The notes: generated from the sequence alone by a model not told the origin. A stretch of 64,000 nucleotides of DNA from Candidatus Eiseniibacteriota bacterium (GCA_963776245.1 CAVZLN010000008.1:96001-160000), one strand, 5' to 3'; positions 47,830 through 58,394 are shown, counted from the stretch's first letter. A program made the numbers and translations.

Positions 47830-50800
47830 CTAACGGAGGATCACGAGGCGGGTGACCAGCACGCGGATGCTGCCGGCGAACCGCACCAGATAGAGACCGG
47901 GCGGGACCGCCATCCCCGCCTCGTCGCGCCCGTCCCAGCGCACCACGCCCTCGGGCCCCCGGTCCACTTCGAGCGTGCGGATCAGCCGCCCCTGCACGTC
48001 GTGGATGCTCATGAGCCGGGGCGTCGGCGCCCAGAACGGGTCGGACCAGAAGAGCGACACCGGCGGGCGCGCCGGATTCGAGACCGCGAGCAGCGCGATG
48101 TCCGTGCGCCCGGCCAGCGGACCGACCCGCGTGTCCACCACGTTCGAGAGCGGCGACGCGCCGCCCGCGAGGTCGAGCGCGCGCAGCGCGAACCACCAGC
48201 GCTGGCCCAGCGGGATGCCCGCGACCGAGGCGATCTCCGCCGCGCCCGCGGCGGCGCGCCCCGGGAGCGTCCAGGCCAGCGGAGCGGAGCGGAAGGACGC
48301 GGGCGTGATCGGCGCGCCCGCGGCGCGCAATTCGTACCACGCGGCATGCCCGCTCTCGGCGTCGTCGTGCGCGGCGCTCCAGCGCAGCACCACGACCGAA
48401 TCGTGCACCTCCACCACCCGCAGGTCGCGTACCGGGTCCGGAGGGACGCCGGAGAGGGCGACCGGGATCGCGTCGGAGACCGGCGCGCGTATGCCGGTCG
48501 CGCCGACGCCTCGCAACGCGATCCAGCAGCGCTCTCCGGGGACGAAGGGAACGATCGTGTGGACCTCGGCCGCGACCTGGGTCGTGCCCGCGGCGACCGT
48601 CCACGCCCGTGGGGCGGCGTCGAACGTCGAATCCACGATCGAATCGCGCGCCGCGCGCACCTCGTAGCTCGGCACGCGTCCGCCCGCGGCGCCCTCCCAC
48701 GCCGGGGTCCAGCGCAGGGTCACGCTGGTGTCGCCCACGCTGGTGGCCCGCAGGTCCAGCACGCGCGCCGGGGCGTTGGAGAGCGGGACGGGCACCACAT
48801 TCGAGATCGCCCCCCGGTTCTGGGAATCATCCACCGCCCGCAGCGCGAGCCACCAGCCCGGCCCGGGGGTCCACGGCGCGACGCGCAGCGTCTCCCACTC
48901 GCCCGCATCGACGCTCGCGGGCACGTCCCAGCCGCGCTCGGCGAGCGTGAAGTCCGCTTCGGTGAGCGGCGCGTGCGCCGCGCGCACCTCGTAGAGCGCC
49001 GGGCGTCCGGTGCGGCCGTCGTCCCCGACCGCGGTCCAGGTGATCGTGATGCTGGTGTCGTCCACCGAGGCCACTCTCAGGTCGGACACCGGGGCCGGCG
49101 GGACCCCCAGCGTGGTCAGGTCGACCAGATTGGACGGGGCGCTCATGTTGCCCGAGGAGTCGACCGAGGCGATCGCGAACACGTACGGCGCGTTCTCATC
49201 GAGGCCGACCACGACCGCCTGCTGGAAGGTCCCGGGGGCACCGGGCGGCGGAACATGGTACGCCGGCTGAGCGAGGGCGAACGAGAACGCCTCGCGCGCG
49301 CCGCGGGCGTAACGCAGGCTGTACGAGGCGATGCCCGACTGCCCCGCGTCGCTCTTGGCGGTCCAGCCCAGCACCACGCTGTCGGGTCCCTGGGCCACCA
49401 GCCGCAGGTCCTGGATCCGGTAGGGCAACGCGTCATCGATCAGGTCCAGTGCCGGCGCCGGCGAGCGCGAGCCGGTGTGCGCGGCGTTGCCCCGCGCGGT
49501 GCGCCAGGTCGCGGCGCTCTCCTGCCACGGCGCCATGGTCAGTTTGAGCTGCGCCAGGGAGCCATCGGCGCCGGCGCCGATCACGACATCGGTGGCGCCA
49601 TCCGAGCCGAGGTCCGCCAGCGTCGCCCACGGGCTCTGGCGCCGCGCCGGTTCGAACGGCAGGCTCGCGCCTCGCGCCTCGATCAGGTCGAAGCGGACCG
49701 AACCGTCGGTCTCGACCATCGGGCACACCACCGCGCTCGATCCGTCCACGTGCACGGGTCCCACCAGCACCGGGCCCAGCGGAACCCCCGCGAGGGCCGC
49801 CACCCAGAGCGATTCGGCCGCCACGGACGGGTCGATCGGGAGCGCGGCGAGGCCGCCCCGGATGGGGATCACCAGGTCATCCGCGCCATCCCCATCGAGG
49901 TCGCCGACCGCCGGCGGCCCGGTCACCACGTCGGACAGGATGCGGAGCCTCAGCATGCGCCCCGCGGCATCGAAAGTGCGCACCTCGGTCCCCGCCGCCA
50001 CCACGATGCGCGGCGCGCCCGTCGCACGGTCCCGGACCACCACGGGTGGCGACACCGGCGGAGTGACCGACTGCGGCCAGCCCGGCAGCACGGCGCCGGT
50101 GTGGTCGAGCGCGAGGACCTGCCCGGTCGCGGTGGCCACCACGATCTCCAGCCCCGGGGCGCCATCGAGATCGTCGAGCGCCAGGCTCAGGTCGCGGGGC
50201 CAGCCGCCGATCCGGTACGGGAAGCCGGCCAACGGCGTGCCGTCCAGCCGCCAGGCACGCACCTCGCCACCACCACCCGCCTCCACCACCTCCACCCGGC
50301 CGTCTCCGTCGAGGTCGCCGAGCGCGAGCGCCGCGTCGGCCGGCAGCCCGGGCGAGACCGCGACGCCGGCCACCGGCCAGCCCGCGAGCGCGCGCAACTG
50401 GGCATCGCACGCGAACACGGAGCCATCGCCGAGCGGAACGAACAACCCGTTCCCGCGCCCCCCGCCAAGACTGGCCGCCACCGCGCCGCCCACGGCGCGG
50501 GCCGGAAGCCACGCCGTGGCGGTGATGGTGTCGCGCACCGGATCCAGCAGGAGCAGGCGCTGGTCGTCGGTCACCACGACGATCCGGCCGCGGCCGAGGT
50601 AGGTGCGCAGGACCACCGGAGAGCCGACCGTGCCGGCGCCCAGCGGGATACCGATGCGCAGGTTCGGGGACATGAACAGGTTGTGGAGATTGAGCCGGCC
50701 CGCACCGTAATACCCGTCCGGGTTGAGCGCGGAGATGTCGTCGCTGGTGCTCTTCAGGATCCTCTGCACGTCCGCCGGCGACAGCAGACCGAGGCCGCGG

Positions 50801-52164
50801 CCGAGCCGGCGTGCCTGCAACATCGCGACCGCGGCCGCGACCTGGGGCGCGGAGAACGAGGTCCCGCTGCCTCCCATCACGTAGCTCGGATGGCGCTCAC
50901 CGGTGCTGTCCGCGTGCGACAGGATGGCCACCGGCAGGTCGACGCCCGGCGCCGCGATATCGATGTACGCGCTCCGGTTCGAGAACGCCGCCACCACGTC
51001 GGAGGAGTCGGTGGCGCTCACCGAGATGACGTCATTCATCCACTCGAGGTAGTTCGAGGAGCGGTAGTTCCCGGCCGCCACCACGATGGTCACCCCGGCA
51101 TCGCTGGCGGCCAGCGCCGCCTCCACGAGCGGCAGGGTCCAGAAGTTCGCGAACGAGGCATTGACCACCTTCGCGCCATTGCGGCGAGCGTAGTCCAGCG
51201 CCTGTGCCACGCACAGCATGTCGACCTCGCCCAGTGGATATCGCGGCGAGGACCACCCCACCCGCAGCGCCATCAGCTTCGCCTTCCAGAGCACCCCGGT
51301 GGTCCCGATGCGATTGTTCCCGATCGCGCCCACCACCGAGGCCACCGCGGTCCCGTGGCTCGTGAAGTCGCTGGGGTCATTGTCCTGATCGCGCCAGTCC
51401 TCGTTCGCCGTGGCCATGGTGGAATCCGTGAGCGCGACGAAGTCCCAGCCCCACACGTCGTCCACGTAGCCATTGCCGTCGTCGTCCACCCCCGGCCGCC
51501 CGAGGCGCTCGGCTTCGTTGGTCCACAGGTTCCCCCACCCGCCCGCGACGCTCCCGCCCAGATCGGGGTGATCACGAAGGATGCCGGTGTCGAGGATGGC
51601 GACGGGCACCGCGCTGGCGTCCGTGAGCACGTCCCAGGCTTCGGGCGCCTGCAGGTTGTGGCGGGTCGCCGGTCCGAGGTTCCACTGCAGCGCATAGAGC
51701 GAATCGTCGGGGATCGCCGTGACCGGACAGACCGGCACGGGCTCTGCCAGCTCCACCTCCGGGATCGCCGCGAGGCTGTCGAGGCTCGCGCCGAGGTCGG
51801 CGCCCGGCCGCAGGTCCACCGACCACCACGCCGCCAGCCGGTCGTCCGCCGGCGCATTCCCCACCACCGCGCCGCGGAACGCCGGCTCGAAGTGCGCGCC
51901 CAAGCGCCCCAGCGCGACCCCAGCGCTGGCGAGCTCCGGGCTCGAGAAGGGAGACGCCGCGCGGCGCGCGAGGGCGCGGGCAGCGCGCGCGGCCGGCGGA
52001 CGCAGGCGCACCACCACCCGATCGCCGCGGTAGCAGGCGGGCGCCGAGTCTCCCGCCGTCGCCGACCACACCGGCAGCTCGAGCCGTCGCGCCGCTGCGG
52101 GCGCGGCGGCGAGCCCGAGGACGACGACGAGCAGCCAGTGGAACGACCGGCTCATGGGTCGCAT
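47830..52164 (-). CDS. Large secreted S8 subtilase with FG-GAP repeats, four FN3-like repeats and FlgD-like C-terminal domain
   Basis: Triad ILDTG / HGT / GTSFSAP; DLDGDG repeats; V.DLRV...W.A..DDG repeats; WDGRDEAG...PGLYLVR. Confidence 0.92.
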   Translation of the reverse strand: MRPMSRSFHWLLVVVLGLAAAPAAARRLELPVWSATAGDSAPACYRGDRVVVRLRPPAARAARALARRAASPFSSPELASAGVALGRLGAHFEPAFRGAVVGNAPADDRLAAWWSVDLRPGADLGASLDSLAAIPEVELAEPVPVCPVTAIPDDSLYALQWNLGPATRHNLQAPEAWDVLTDASAVPVAILDTGILRDHPDLGGSVAGGWGNLWTNEAERLGRPGVDDDGNGYVDDVWGWDFVALTDSTMATANEDWRDQDNDPSDFTSHGTAVASVVGAIGNNRIGTTGVLWKAKLMALRVGWSSPRYPLGEVDMLCVAQALDYARRNGAKVVNASFANFWTLPLVEAALAASDAGVTIVVAAGNYRSSNYLEWMNDVISVSATDSSDVVAAFSNRSAYIDIAAPGVDLPVAILSHADSTGERHPSYVMGGSGTSFSAPQVAAAVAMLQARRLGRGLGLLSPADVQRILKSTSDDISALNPDGYYGAGRLNLHNLFMSPNLRIGIPLGAGTVGSPVVLRTYLGRGRIVVVTDDQRLLLLDPVRDTITATAWLPARAVGGAVAASLGGGRGNGLFVPLGDGSVFACDAQLRALAGWPVAGVAVSPGLPADAALALGDLDGDGRVEVVEAGGGGEVRAWRLDGTPLAGFPYRIGGWPRDLSLALDDLDGAPGLEIVVATATGQVLALDHTGAVLPGWPQSVTPPVSPPVVVRDRATGAPRIVVAAGTEVRTFDAAGRMLRLRILSDVVTGPPAVGDLDGDGADDLVIPIRGGLAALPIDPSVAAESLWVAALAGVPLGPVLVGPVHVDGSSAVVCPMVETDGSVRFDLIEARGASLPFEPARRQSPWATLADLGSDGATDVVIGAGADGSLAQLKLTMAPWQESAATWRTARGNAAHTGSRSPAPALDLIDDALPYRIQDLRLVAQGPDSVVLGWTAKSDAGQSGIASYSLRYARGAREAFSFALAQPAYHVPPPGAPGTFQQAVVVGLDENAPYVFAIASVDSSGNMSAPSNLVDLTTLGVPPAPVSDLRVASVDDTSITITWTAVGDDGRTGRPALYEVRAAHAPLTEADFTLAERGWDVPASVDAGEWETLRVAPWTPGPGWWLALRAVDDSQNRGAISNVVPVPLSNAPARVLDLRATSVGDTSVTLRWTPAWEGAAGGRVPSYEVRAARDSIVDSTFDAAPRAWTVAAGTTQVAAEVHTIVPFVPGERCWIALRGVGATGIRAPVSDAIPVALSGVPPDPVRDLRVVEVHDSVVVLRWSAAHDDAESGHAAWYELRAAGAPITPASFRSAPLAWTLPGRAAAGAAEIASVAGIPLGQRWWFALRALDLAGGASPLSNVVDTRVGPLAGRTDIALLAVSNPARPPVSLFWSDPFWAPTPRLMSIHDVQGRLIRTLEVDRGPEGVVRWDGRDEAGMAVPPGLYLVRFAGSIRVLVTRLVILR

Positions 52165-52344
52165 GGAACTCCCCGACGGAGACGGCCCGGTCGTCCTGTC
52201 CAGGGGAGGGTAAGCAAGCCGCAGGCGCGTATCAAGACTTCTCGCGCCATCTCCCGTGCCACCCGGTCGGCCCGCGGCCGTCCCGCGACCGGCCCGGACA
52301 TCCCACCCGCCGGGAGCGCCGGGCCGGACGCCCGCGTTCCGCGC

Positions 52345-54432
52345 TCATCGGACGACCACCAGCTTGCGCGCCAGCGTCCCCTCCGCGCTCTGCAGGCGCA
52401 CCACGTACATCCCGACCGGCGCCGCGCGACCGTTCGCGTCCCGCCCGTCCCAGGTCACGTGGTGGGCGCCGGCGGCCGCGCCTGCCTCGCGATGCTCCCA
52501 CACCAGGGCGCCGCGCACATCGTAGAGCCGCACGCTCACGTCGCCCGTCCGTGGCAGCGTGAACGAGAACAGCGCCCCGTTGCGGGCGGGATCCGGCCAC
52601 GGCGGCGCCAGCTCGAGTCTCCCCGGGCTCGCGGCCGCCACGTCGGTGGGCAGCGGCACCACGCTCTTGAGGATCCAGCCGTCGCGGTCGAGCTCGACCG
52701 CGGTCGGCTCCGCGTCGACGTGGAAGGTGAACGACTGGGTCGCCAGCGAGTCCCAGGCGACGAAGGTCGGCGAGCCAGTGGCGGTGGTGATGGTGACGTC
52801 CACCGGCATCCAGAACAATTGCCACGGCTGGGACTGCAGGAGCAGGACCGACACGTCGTAGCCCCCTCCCGCGGCGGGCTGCGCGTTCCAGCCGTACCGA
52901 TACTCCGGGTAGTACTCGCCGTACACCCACTGGGTGAAGTACTTGTCGAGATCGCGTCCGCCGACGCTCGCGCACACGTCGCGGAAGTCCTCGGTGGTCG
53001 CGGTGCCGTACCCGAACTGCTGCCCGTACTGGCGCAGCGCCTGGAAGAACAGCGTGTCGGTCATCGCGTGCCGCAGCATGTGCAGCACCCACGAGCCCTT
53101 GTTGTACGAGAGGTCCCCGTTGAACACGGCGTTCTCGTCGTACTCGTCGGCCACCCAGATGGTGCCGGGTCCGAAGTAGGCATTGGCGTCGACGTCGGCA
53201 TGGTAGGCGGACATGCCGCCGCCGGCTTCCTTCCACAGCGCCTCGCCATAGGTCGCGAATCCCTCGTTGAGCCAGATGTGATGGAAGTCCCGGCAGGTGA
53301 CCAAGTCACCCCACCACTGGTGCGCGAGCTCGTGGCACACCACGTACTCCGAGAATCCGCCGAGGCTGGTGATGGTCTGGTGTTCCATCCCGCCGCCCCA
53401 CGAGAACTCCGCCTCGCCGTACTTCTCGTCGAGGTAGGGATAGGGCCCGAAGCGCGCGGCATAGGCAGCGATCATCCCCTTGACCCTGGCGTTCACCGCC
53501 GCGGCGCCGGCCACCCGCTCGGGGAACATGTAGAAGCGGATCGGCATCGAGTCCGCCGGCGCCGGCCGGTACCAGTCGGTGGACACCGCGTAGGCGAAGC
53601 TGGCGATCGACACGAGATAGGTGGCGATCGGGTGGCGCTCCGCCCACTGCGTGACGGCGTGGGTGCCATCGTCGCTCGAGGAGAGCAGCACGCCATTGCT
53701 GGCGGTGATCATGCCGCTCGGCGCGGTGAACCGCACCGTCACCGAGTCCGCCTTGTCCTCGGGCGCGTCCTTGCACGGCCACCACTCGCGCGCGCCGAAC
53801 GGCTCGCTCAGCGACCACATGAGCGGCAGACCGTTGTGGGTCGTGAATGTGAACGCGGCGCTGAAGGTGCCGGCCCCCGGCACGCCGTGGTACCCGATCG
53901 TCACGTCCACGTCCTCGCCGCCGGCATAGGCGCGGCCGAGCGAGACGCTCAGCATCCCGGCGGCATGACTGAAGGCCGCAGGCGCGCCCGCGACGGTCAC
54001 CGAGTCCACCGTCATGACGTCGGACAGGTCGAGGTCGAGCGCCGAGAGCGGCCCGTCCGTCACCGTCGCGCGCACGCGCACCAGGCCGGAGAGCACCTGG
54101 GTCGCGGGTTCGGCGTGGAGATCGAGGTCGTAGGCGCGCGCGTCGTAGCGCTGCTGGGCCGGCGTCGCCACCGCGCGGACCGCCGCCGCGCGCTGCGCCC
54201 GGAGGCGCATGGCGACCGCCTTGTGGAACGACAGATAGGGCGCCACGTCGCTCTCGTCGTACACCCCGCCCGGCCAGCCCGACTCGTCAGGCGGGAAATA
54301 CACCGGGCCGGCGAGCGCGCCGCGGCCGGCGAGGGACGTGGCCCAGAGCGCCGCGGCCAGGAACGCGATGGCTGCACGCCGTGGCGAGCGTGCGGGGAGG
54401 GCGGTATTCGAGCCGCATGGCCGGGGGATCAT
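52345..54432 (-). CDS. Secreted M1 aminopeptidase with FlgD-like C-terminal domain
   Basis: WWPCKD, GGMEH, HELAHQWWGD...NEGFATY, YNKG; WDGRDANG...GMYVVRL. Confidence 0.92.
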   Translation of the reverse strand: MIPRPCGSNTALPARSPRRAAIAFLAAALWATSLAGRGALAGPVYFPPDESGWPGGVYDESDVAPYLSFHKAVAMRLRAQRAAAVRAVATPAQQRYDARAYDLDLHAEPATQVLSGLVRVRATVTDGPLSALDLDLSDVMTVDSVTVAGAPAAFSHAAGMLSVSLGRAYAGGEDVDVTIGYHGVPGAGTFSAAFTFTTHNGLPLMWSLSEPFGAREWWPCKDAPEDKADSVTVRFTAPSGMITASNGVLLSSSDDGTHAVTQWAERHPIATYLVSIASFAYAVSTDWYRPAPADSMPIRFYMFPERVAGAAAVNARVKGMIAAYAARFGPYPYLDEKYGEAEFSWGGGMEHQTITSLGGFSEYVVCHELAHQWWGDLVTCRDFHHIWLNEGFATYGEALWKEAGGGMSAYHADVDANAYFGPGTIWVADEYDENAVFNGDLSYNKGSWVLHMLRHAMTDTLFFQALRQYGQQFGYGTATTEDFRDVCASVGGRDLDKYFTQWVYGEYYPEYRYGWNAQPAAGGGYDVSVLLLQSQPWQLFWMPVDVTITTATGSPTFVAWDSLATQSFTFHVDAEPTAVELDRDGWILKSVVPLPTDVAAASPGRLELAPPWPDPARNGALFSFTLPRTGDVSVRLYDVRGALVWEHREAGAAAGAHHVTWDGRDANGRAAPVGMYVVRLQSAEGTLARKLVVVR

Positions 54433-55421
54433 GCATGCAATTCTACGACGTCCCGGTCGGCCAGCACATGGTCTTTGTCGACCTGCTGGCCATCGAATCG
54501 CGCGTGCCCCCAGATCCGGGCGAAACGCAGGTGCGACGCGATGTCCTTGTGCACGTGCACCGCCAGCTCGTGCACGGTGGCGCCCGACGGCAGCACGAAC
54601 GGCCGCCGCGTGTCGGGCGGCCGGCCCGGCTCCTTGGCGTAGATGCGGATGCGGCCGAGGTCCTCGAAGAGCACGCGGCGCAGGTCCTCGAGCCCGCTGC
54701 CATGGGTGGCCGAGACGCTGTGCACCGGCCACACCCCGTCGAGCGACTCGCGCGCCAGCAGCTCGAACGTGCGGTCGGCGTCGAGGTCGCACTTGTTGAG
54801 CGCCACGCGCACCGGCTTCACCAGCGCGAAAGGCGGCGCGTCCTCGGGCATCGGCTTGCCGCGCGGCCACACCCGCGCGCGCTCGAGCAGGGCGACCAGC
54901 GCCGCCACCGCCGCCGCCAGGTCGTCGTCCGCCGGATCGAGCACCAGCAGCGCGCCATCGGCGTTGCGCACCAGATTCACCATGTAGCTCTCGGCGCGCT
55001 GCGCGGTGACCGCCGGGGTGTCCACCAGCTGCACCTGCACGTCCTCGAACGGCATCATCCCGGGCAGCGGCACGCGCGTCGTGAACGGATACGCGGCGAC
55101 CTCGGGATGCGCGTGGGTGAGCGCGGCGAGCAGTGCCGATTTGCCGGCATTGGGGGGACCGAGCAGAGCCCACTGTCCCGCGCCCTCGCGCCTGACGTGG
55201 CCCGGATCGGTGCGATGCGCGCTGCCCTTGCCGCCGTGCGCGCCCTCCTCCTCGAGCTTGGCGAGACGGCGGCGCAGGTCGGCGTACAGCTTCTCGGTGC
55301 CCTTGTGGCGGGGCAGCAGCGCGAGCATCTCGCGCAGGCCGGAGAGCTTTTCCTCGTGGCCCGTCGCCTCGCGGAAGCGCTGTTCCGCCTCCTTGTACTG
55401 TGCCGTGAGATTGGCCGGCAT
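54429..55421 (-). CDS. OBG/DRG-like GTPase with TGS domain
   Basis: MPANLT, HKGTEK, GPPNAGKS, YPFTT, DTP, NKCD, C-terminal HVLADRDVVELH. Confidence 0.9.
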   Translation of the reverse strand: MPANLTAQYKEAEQRFREATGHEEKLSGLREMLALLPRHKGTEKLYADLRRRLAKLEEEGAHGGKGSAHRTDPGHVRREGAGQWALLGPPNAGKSALLAALTHAHPEVAAYPFTTRVPLPGMMPFEDVQVQLVDTPAVTAQRAESYMVNLVRNADGALLVLDPADDDLAAAVAALVALLERARVWPRGKPMPEDAPPFALVKPVRVALNKCDLDADRTFELLARESLDGVWPVHSVSATHGSGLEDLRRVLFEDLGRIRIYAKEPGRPPDTRRPFVLPSGATVHELAVHVHKDIASHLRFARIWGHARFDGQQVDKDHVLADRDVVELHA

Positions 55422-55511
55422 GCCGCGATGATAGAACCCCGCCCGAGCCGAGGGAAGGCGCCGGCGGTTTCGGCACGGCCGTGCACGCCCGCGCTCGTAC
55501 GCTGCCGCGCC

Positions 55512-57062
55512 ATGACCTCCCCACGCGCCGCGGGCATCCTCCTCCATCCGAGTTCGCTGCCCGGTCGGTTCGGCATCGGCGATCTCGGTCCCGACGCGCT
55601 GCGCTTCGTGGACGCACTCGCTGACGCGGGCCTGCAGGTGTGGCAGATCCTGCCGCTCGGCCCCACCGGCTTCGGCGACTCGCCCTACCAGTGCTTCTCG
55701 GCCTTCGGCGGCAATCCCTTCCTCGTCAGCCCGGAGCGCCTCGCCGAGGACGGCCTGCTCACGCGCGCCGACCTCGAGGGGACGTCGGGATCCTCGCCGT
55801 TCGCGGTGGACTTCGGACCACTCATCGAATGGAAGCTGGGGCTGCTCGACCGTGCCTGGTCGGCGTATCAGGCCGGTCATGCCTCCTCGCTGCGCGAACC
55901 GTTCGCCGCCTTCTGCGCGGCGCACGCGTCCTGGCTCGATGACTACGCACTGTTCATGGCCCTCAAGAAGGGGCATGGCGGCCGCGCGTGGCCGGAGTGG
56001 GATCCGCGCCTCGTGACCCGCGACCCGCGCGCGCTGGCGGCCGCGCGCACCGCGCTCGCCGTCGCGGTGGACGCCCAGCGCTTCCGCCAGTTCCTGTTCT
56101 TCCGCCAGTGGGACGCGGTGCGCGCACACGCGCGTGCGCGTGGTGTGCGCATCATCGGCGATCTCCCGATCTTCGTGGCCCACGACAGCGCCGATGTCTG
56201 GGGGCACCGCGAGCTGTTCCGTCTCGACGCGGCCGGTCGCTCCACCGTGGTCGCAGGCGTGCCGCCCGACTACTTCAGCGCGACCGGGCAGCTGTGGGGC
56301 AACCCGCTCTATCGCTGGGAGGTCTCCGAGCGCTCCGGACACGCGTGGTGGATCGAGCGCGTCCGCTCCGCGCTGTCGCTGGTGGACGTGGTACGCATCG
56401 ATCACTTCCGCGGCTTCGAGGCCTACTGGGAGATCCCCGGTGACGCCATCACCGCCGCCACCGGACGCTGGGTGAAGGGCCCGGGTGCCCCGTTCTTCCA
56501 CACCGTAAGAGACGCGCTGGGAGAGCTGCCCATCATCGCCGAGGACCTCGGAGTGGTGACGCCGGAGGTGCTCGCGCTCCGCGACGGGCTCGGACTGCCC
56601 GGCATGAAGGTGCTCCAGTTCGCCTTCGGCGACGGCGGGGCCAACCCGTACCTGCCCCATCACCACGTGCCCAACAGCGTCGTGTACACCGGCACGCACG
56701 ACAACGACACCACGCGTGGCTGGTACGCGACCGCGCCCGAGGCCGAGCGCGACCTCGCGAGGCGCTACCTGGGCCGCGACGGCCACGACATCGCGTGGGA
56801 CCTGATCCGCGCGGCGTTCGCTTCGGTGGCCGACACCGCCGTGGTGCCGCTGCAGGACGTGCTCGACCTCGGGTCCGAGGGACGCATGAACCGCCCCGGG
56901 ACGCTCGGCGGAGGCAACTGGGGCTGGCGCTTCACCTGGGCCCAGTTCAGCGACCTGCGACGCGCACGACTGGAGTCGCTCGCCGCGCTCTATTCGCGGC
57001 GGGCGGCACCCGCCTCGGTCGCCGCGCCGACCGCCCCCGCCTCGGCCTCCGCGCACGCCTGA
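55512..57062 (+). CDS. malQ: 4-alpha-glucanotransferase (amylomaltase, GH77)
   Basis: GILLHPSSLP, WQILPL, GVPPDYFS..GQLWGNP, RIDHFRG, AEDLG, YTGTHDNDT. Confidence 0.96.
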   Translation: MTSPRAAGILLHPSSLPGRFGIGDLGPDALRFVDALADAGLQVWQILPLGPTGFGDSPYQCFSAFGGNPFLVSPERLAEDGLLTRADLEGTSGSSPFAVDFGPLIEWKLGLLDRAWSAYQAGHASSLREPFAAFCAAHASWLDDYALFMALKKGHGGRAWPEWDPRLVTRDPRALAAARTALAVAVDAQRFRQFLFFRQWDAVRAHARARGVRIIGDLPIFVAHDSADVWGHRELFRLDAAGRSTVVAGVPPDYFSATGQLWGNPLYRWEVSERSGHAWWIERVRSALSLVDVVRIDHFRGFEAYWEIPGDAITAATGRWVKGPGAPFFHTVRDALGELPIIAEDLGVVTPEVLALRDGLGLPGMKVLQFAFGDGGANPYLPHHHVPNSVVYTGTHDNDTTRGWYATAPEAERDLARRYLGRDGHDIAWDLIRAAFASVADTAVVPLQDVLDLGSEGRMNRPGTLGGGNWGWRFTWAQFSDLRRARLESLAALYSRRAAPASVAAPTAPASASAHA

Positions 57063-57115
57063 CGCATCGCGCGGGCGGCGCCGAAGCGTTCATCGGGGAT
57101 CGCCCGCGGTGCGCA

Positions 57116-57151
57116 GTGGCGACGGCGGTTCGAATCCCGTTGGGGACGCCA
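57116..57151 (+). pseudogene. tRNA 3'-half fragment (tRNA-Glu-like), no intact 5' half
   Basis: GTGGCGACGGCGGTTCGAATCCCGTTGGGGACGCCA: T-loop, GGGGAC acceptor strand, G discriminator, CCA. Confidence 0.7.
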
Positions 57152-57228
57152 GCGTCTCGAAACGAGCAAGTCCGACCCGTCGGTACGCCACTCTCAGACC
57201 GCGCACCCGATCGCGTTCCGGAGCAACC

Positions 57229-57285
57229 CCACTCCGCGAATCCACCCGACCAGTCGGCTCGAATTCGCGATGCTTGGGGACGCTA
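57229..57285 (+). repeat. Direct repeat copy 1 (tRNA-3'-like)
   Basis: CCACTCCGCGAATCCACCCGACCAGTCGGCTCGAATTCGCGATGCTTGGGGACGCTA; matches 58395-58451. Confidence 0.8.
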
Positions 57286-57348
57286 ACAGTCGCTGTTCAC
57301 GCACTCGTTGTCGCCGCATCCACGCCCGCCGGACAGCGGCCGTCCGCA

Positions 57349-58167
57349 TCAGCGGACGACGATCGCCCGGGTCGTGAGGGTTCGCCCGTTCTGGGTCAGA
57401 TGGATGAAGTAGAGGCCAGCAGACAGGTCGCTCTGCCCGCCGAGCGTCACCGTGTGCCAGCCCACACCCATTCCATCCACGCGGCGCGCCGCCAACTGCC
57501 GGCCGCTCACGTCGAGGAGCGTCAGGGTGGCCGCCTTCGAGTCTCTGAGGCTGAAGGCCACTCGCAACTCATGCTGCGCGGGGTTGGGCGTGACGCCCCG
57601 GAGCGCGAATCGTGCCGCTTCCCGATCATCCACGTCGGTCAGTGAGGGGCGCGCCTTGAAGTTCGCGGTCATCTCCACAGCCACGACCAGCGGCGGATAG
57701 GCGAGCCCTGGCGCGTTGATCCCGCGGCCCTCGACCCGGCTTACGCGCGAGTCGAAGACCACGTTCTCCCCGGCCCCGAGGATCATGTCCGGGTCGCCCG
57801 TCGACCAGTACGCGCCGACGACGTACGTGGTGCCGGGGGACAACTCGACCTCGGCCACCGGCACCCACCGGAACGTGCCCACGAGCGTCCCGCCCGTCCC
57901 GGCCGGCACGGTTGCCGACGTGAGCAGCGTCCCGTCGCCGCGCCAGAGGCCGACACCGTGTGAGGTCGCAAGCCCGTCCTGGCTGGAATCCCAGAAGCCC
58001 AGCTGCTCCACGACGATTGGGGCGCTCACCGTGAACGACCAGCCGCGCGTCGTGTTCACGCCCCAGCCCGCGTTCGAGTACGTGTCGGTCTGCGTGAACG
58101 CGGGGAAGCTCTGGGCCGAGGCGAGCGCAGGCGCAAGCAGCAGCAGAATCGCGAGGACCTTCTGCAT
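57349..58167 (-). CDS. Secreted DUF4082-like protein with FlgD/T9SS-like C-terminal domain
   Basis: Signal peptide; GWSFTV...LGFWD...VGLW...G.LL.SATV...LSPGTTYVVG; PNP...LLDVSGR...AGLYFIHL. Confidence 0.8.
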   Translation of the reverse strand: MQKVLAILLLLAPALASAQSFPAFTQTDTYSNAGWGVNTTRGWSFTVSAPIVVEQLGFWDSSQDGLATSHGVGLWRGDGTLLTSATVPAGTGGTLVGTFRWVPVAEVELSPGTTYVVGAYWSTGDPDMILGAGENVVFDSRVSRVEGRGINAPGLAYPPLVVAVEMTANFKARPSLTDVDDREAARFALRGVTPNPAQHELRVAFSLRDSKAATLTLLDVSGRQLAARRVDGMGVGWHTVTLGGQSDLSAGLYFIHLTQNGRTLTTRAIVVR

Positions 58168-58394
58168 GACGGCCTCCGGCTGGATGGTGCCCGGGTTGGC
58201 GGGTGCCCAGGCTCCGATGGGTGCGGCCGGCCCGCCGTGGGTTGATTGTGCGCCTGGGCGCTGCCGGAACAAAGCCCCGGAAGTGGCGGCCCTCTGGACC
58301 GCAGACGCATGCCCGCATGGCCAGAGGGTCGGGGGCCGGCCCCAGGGATTGGCCTGGGCTCAGGCGGCGGCGCCGACGGTCTGTCTCAGCGAGT

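Noticed and set aside
48001..54642. Very long shadow ORFs (for example 2213 aa on +, also 2759..4783, 6712..8787 and others)
   Set aside because: Antisense or off-frame to clear genes, Arg/Ala/Pro/Gly-rich and motif-free, as expected in high-GC DNA.
57076..57151. Intact tRNA gene
   Set aside because: No matching GTCCCC 5' acceptor strand, D-arm or anticodon arm at the proper spacing; only the 3' half is recognisable.
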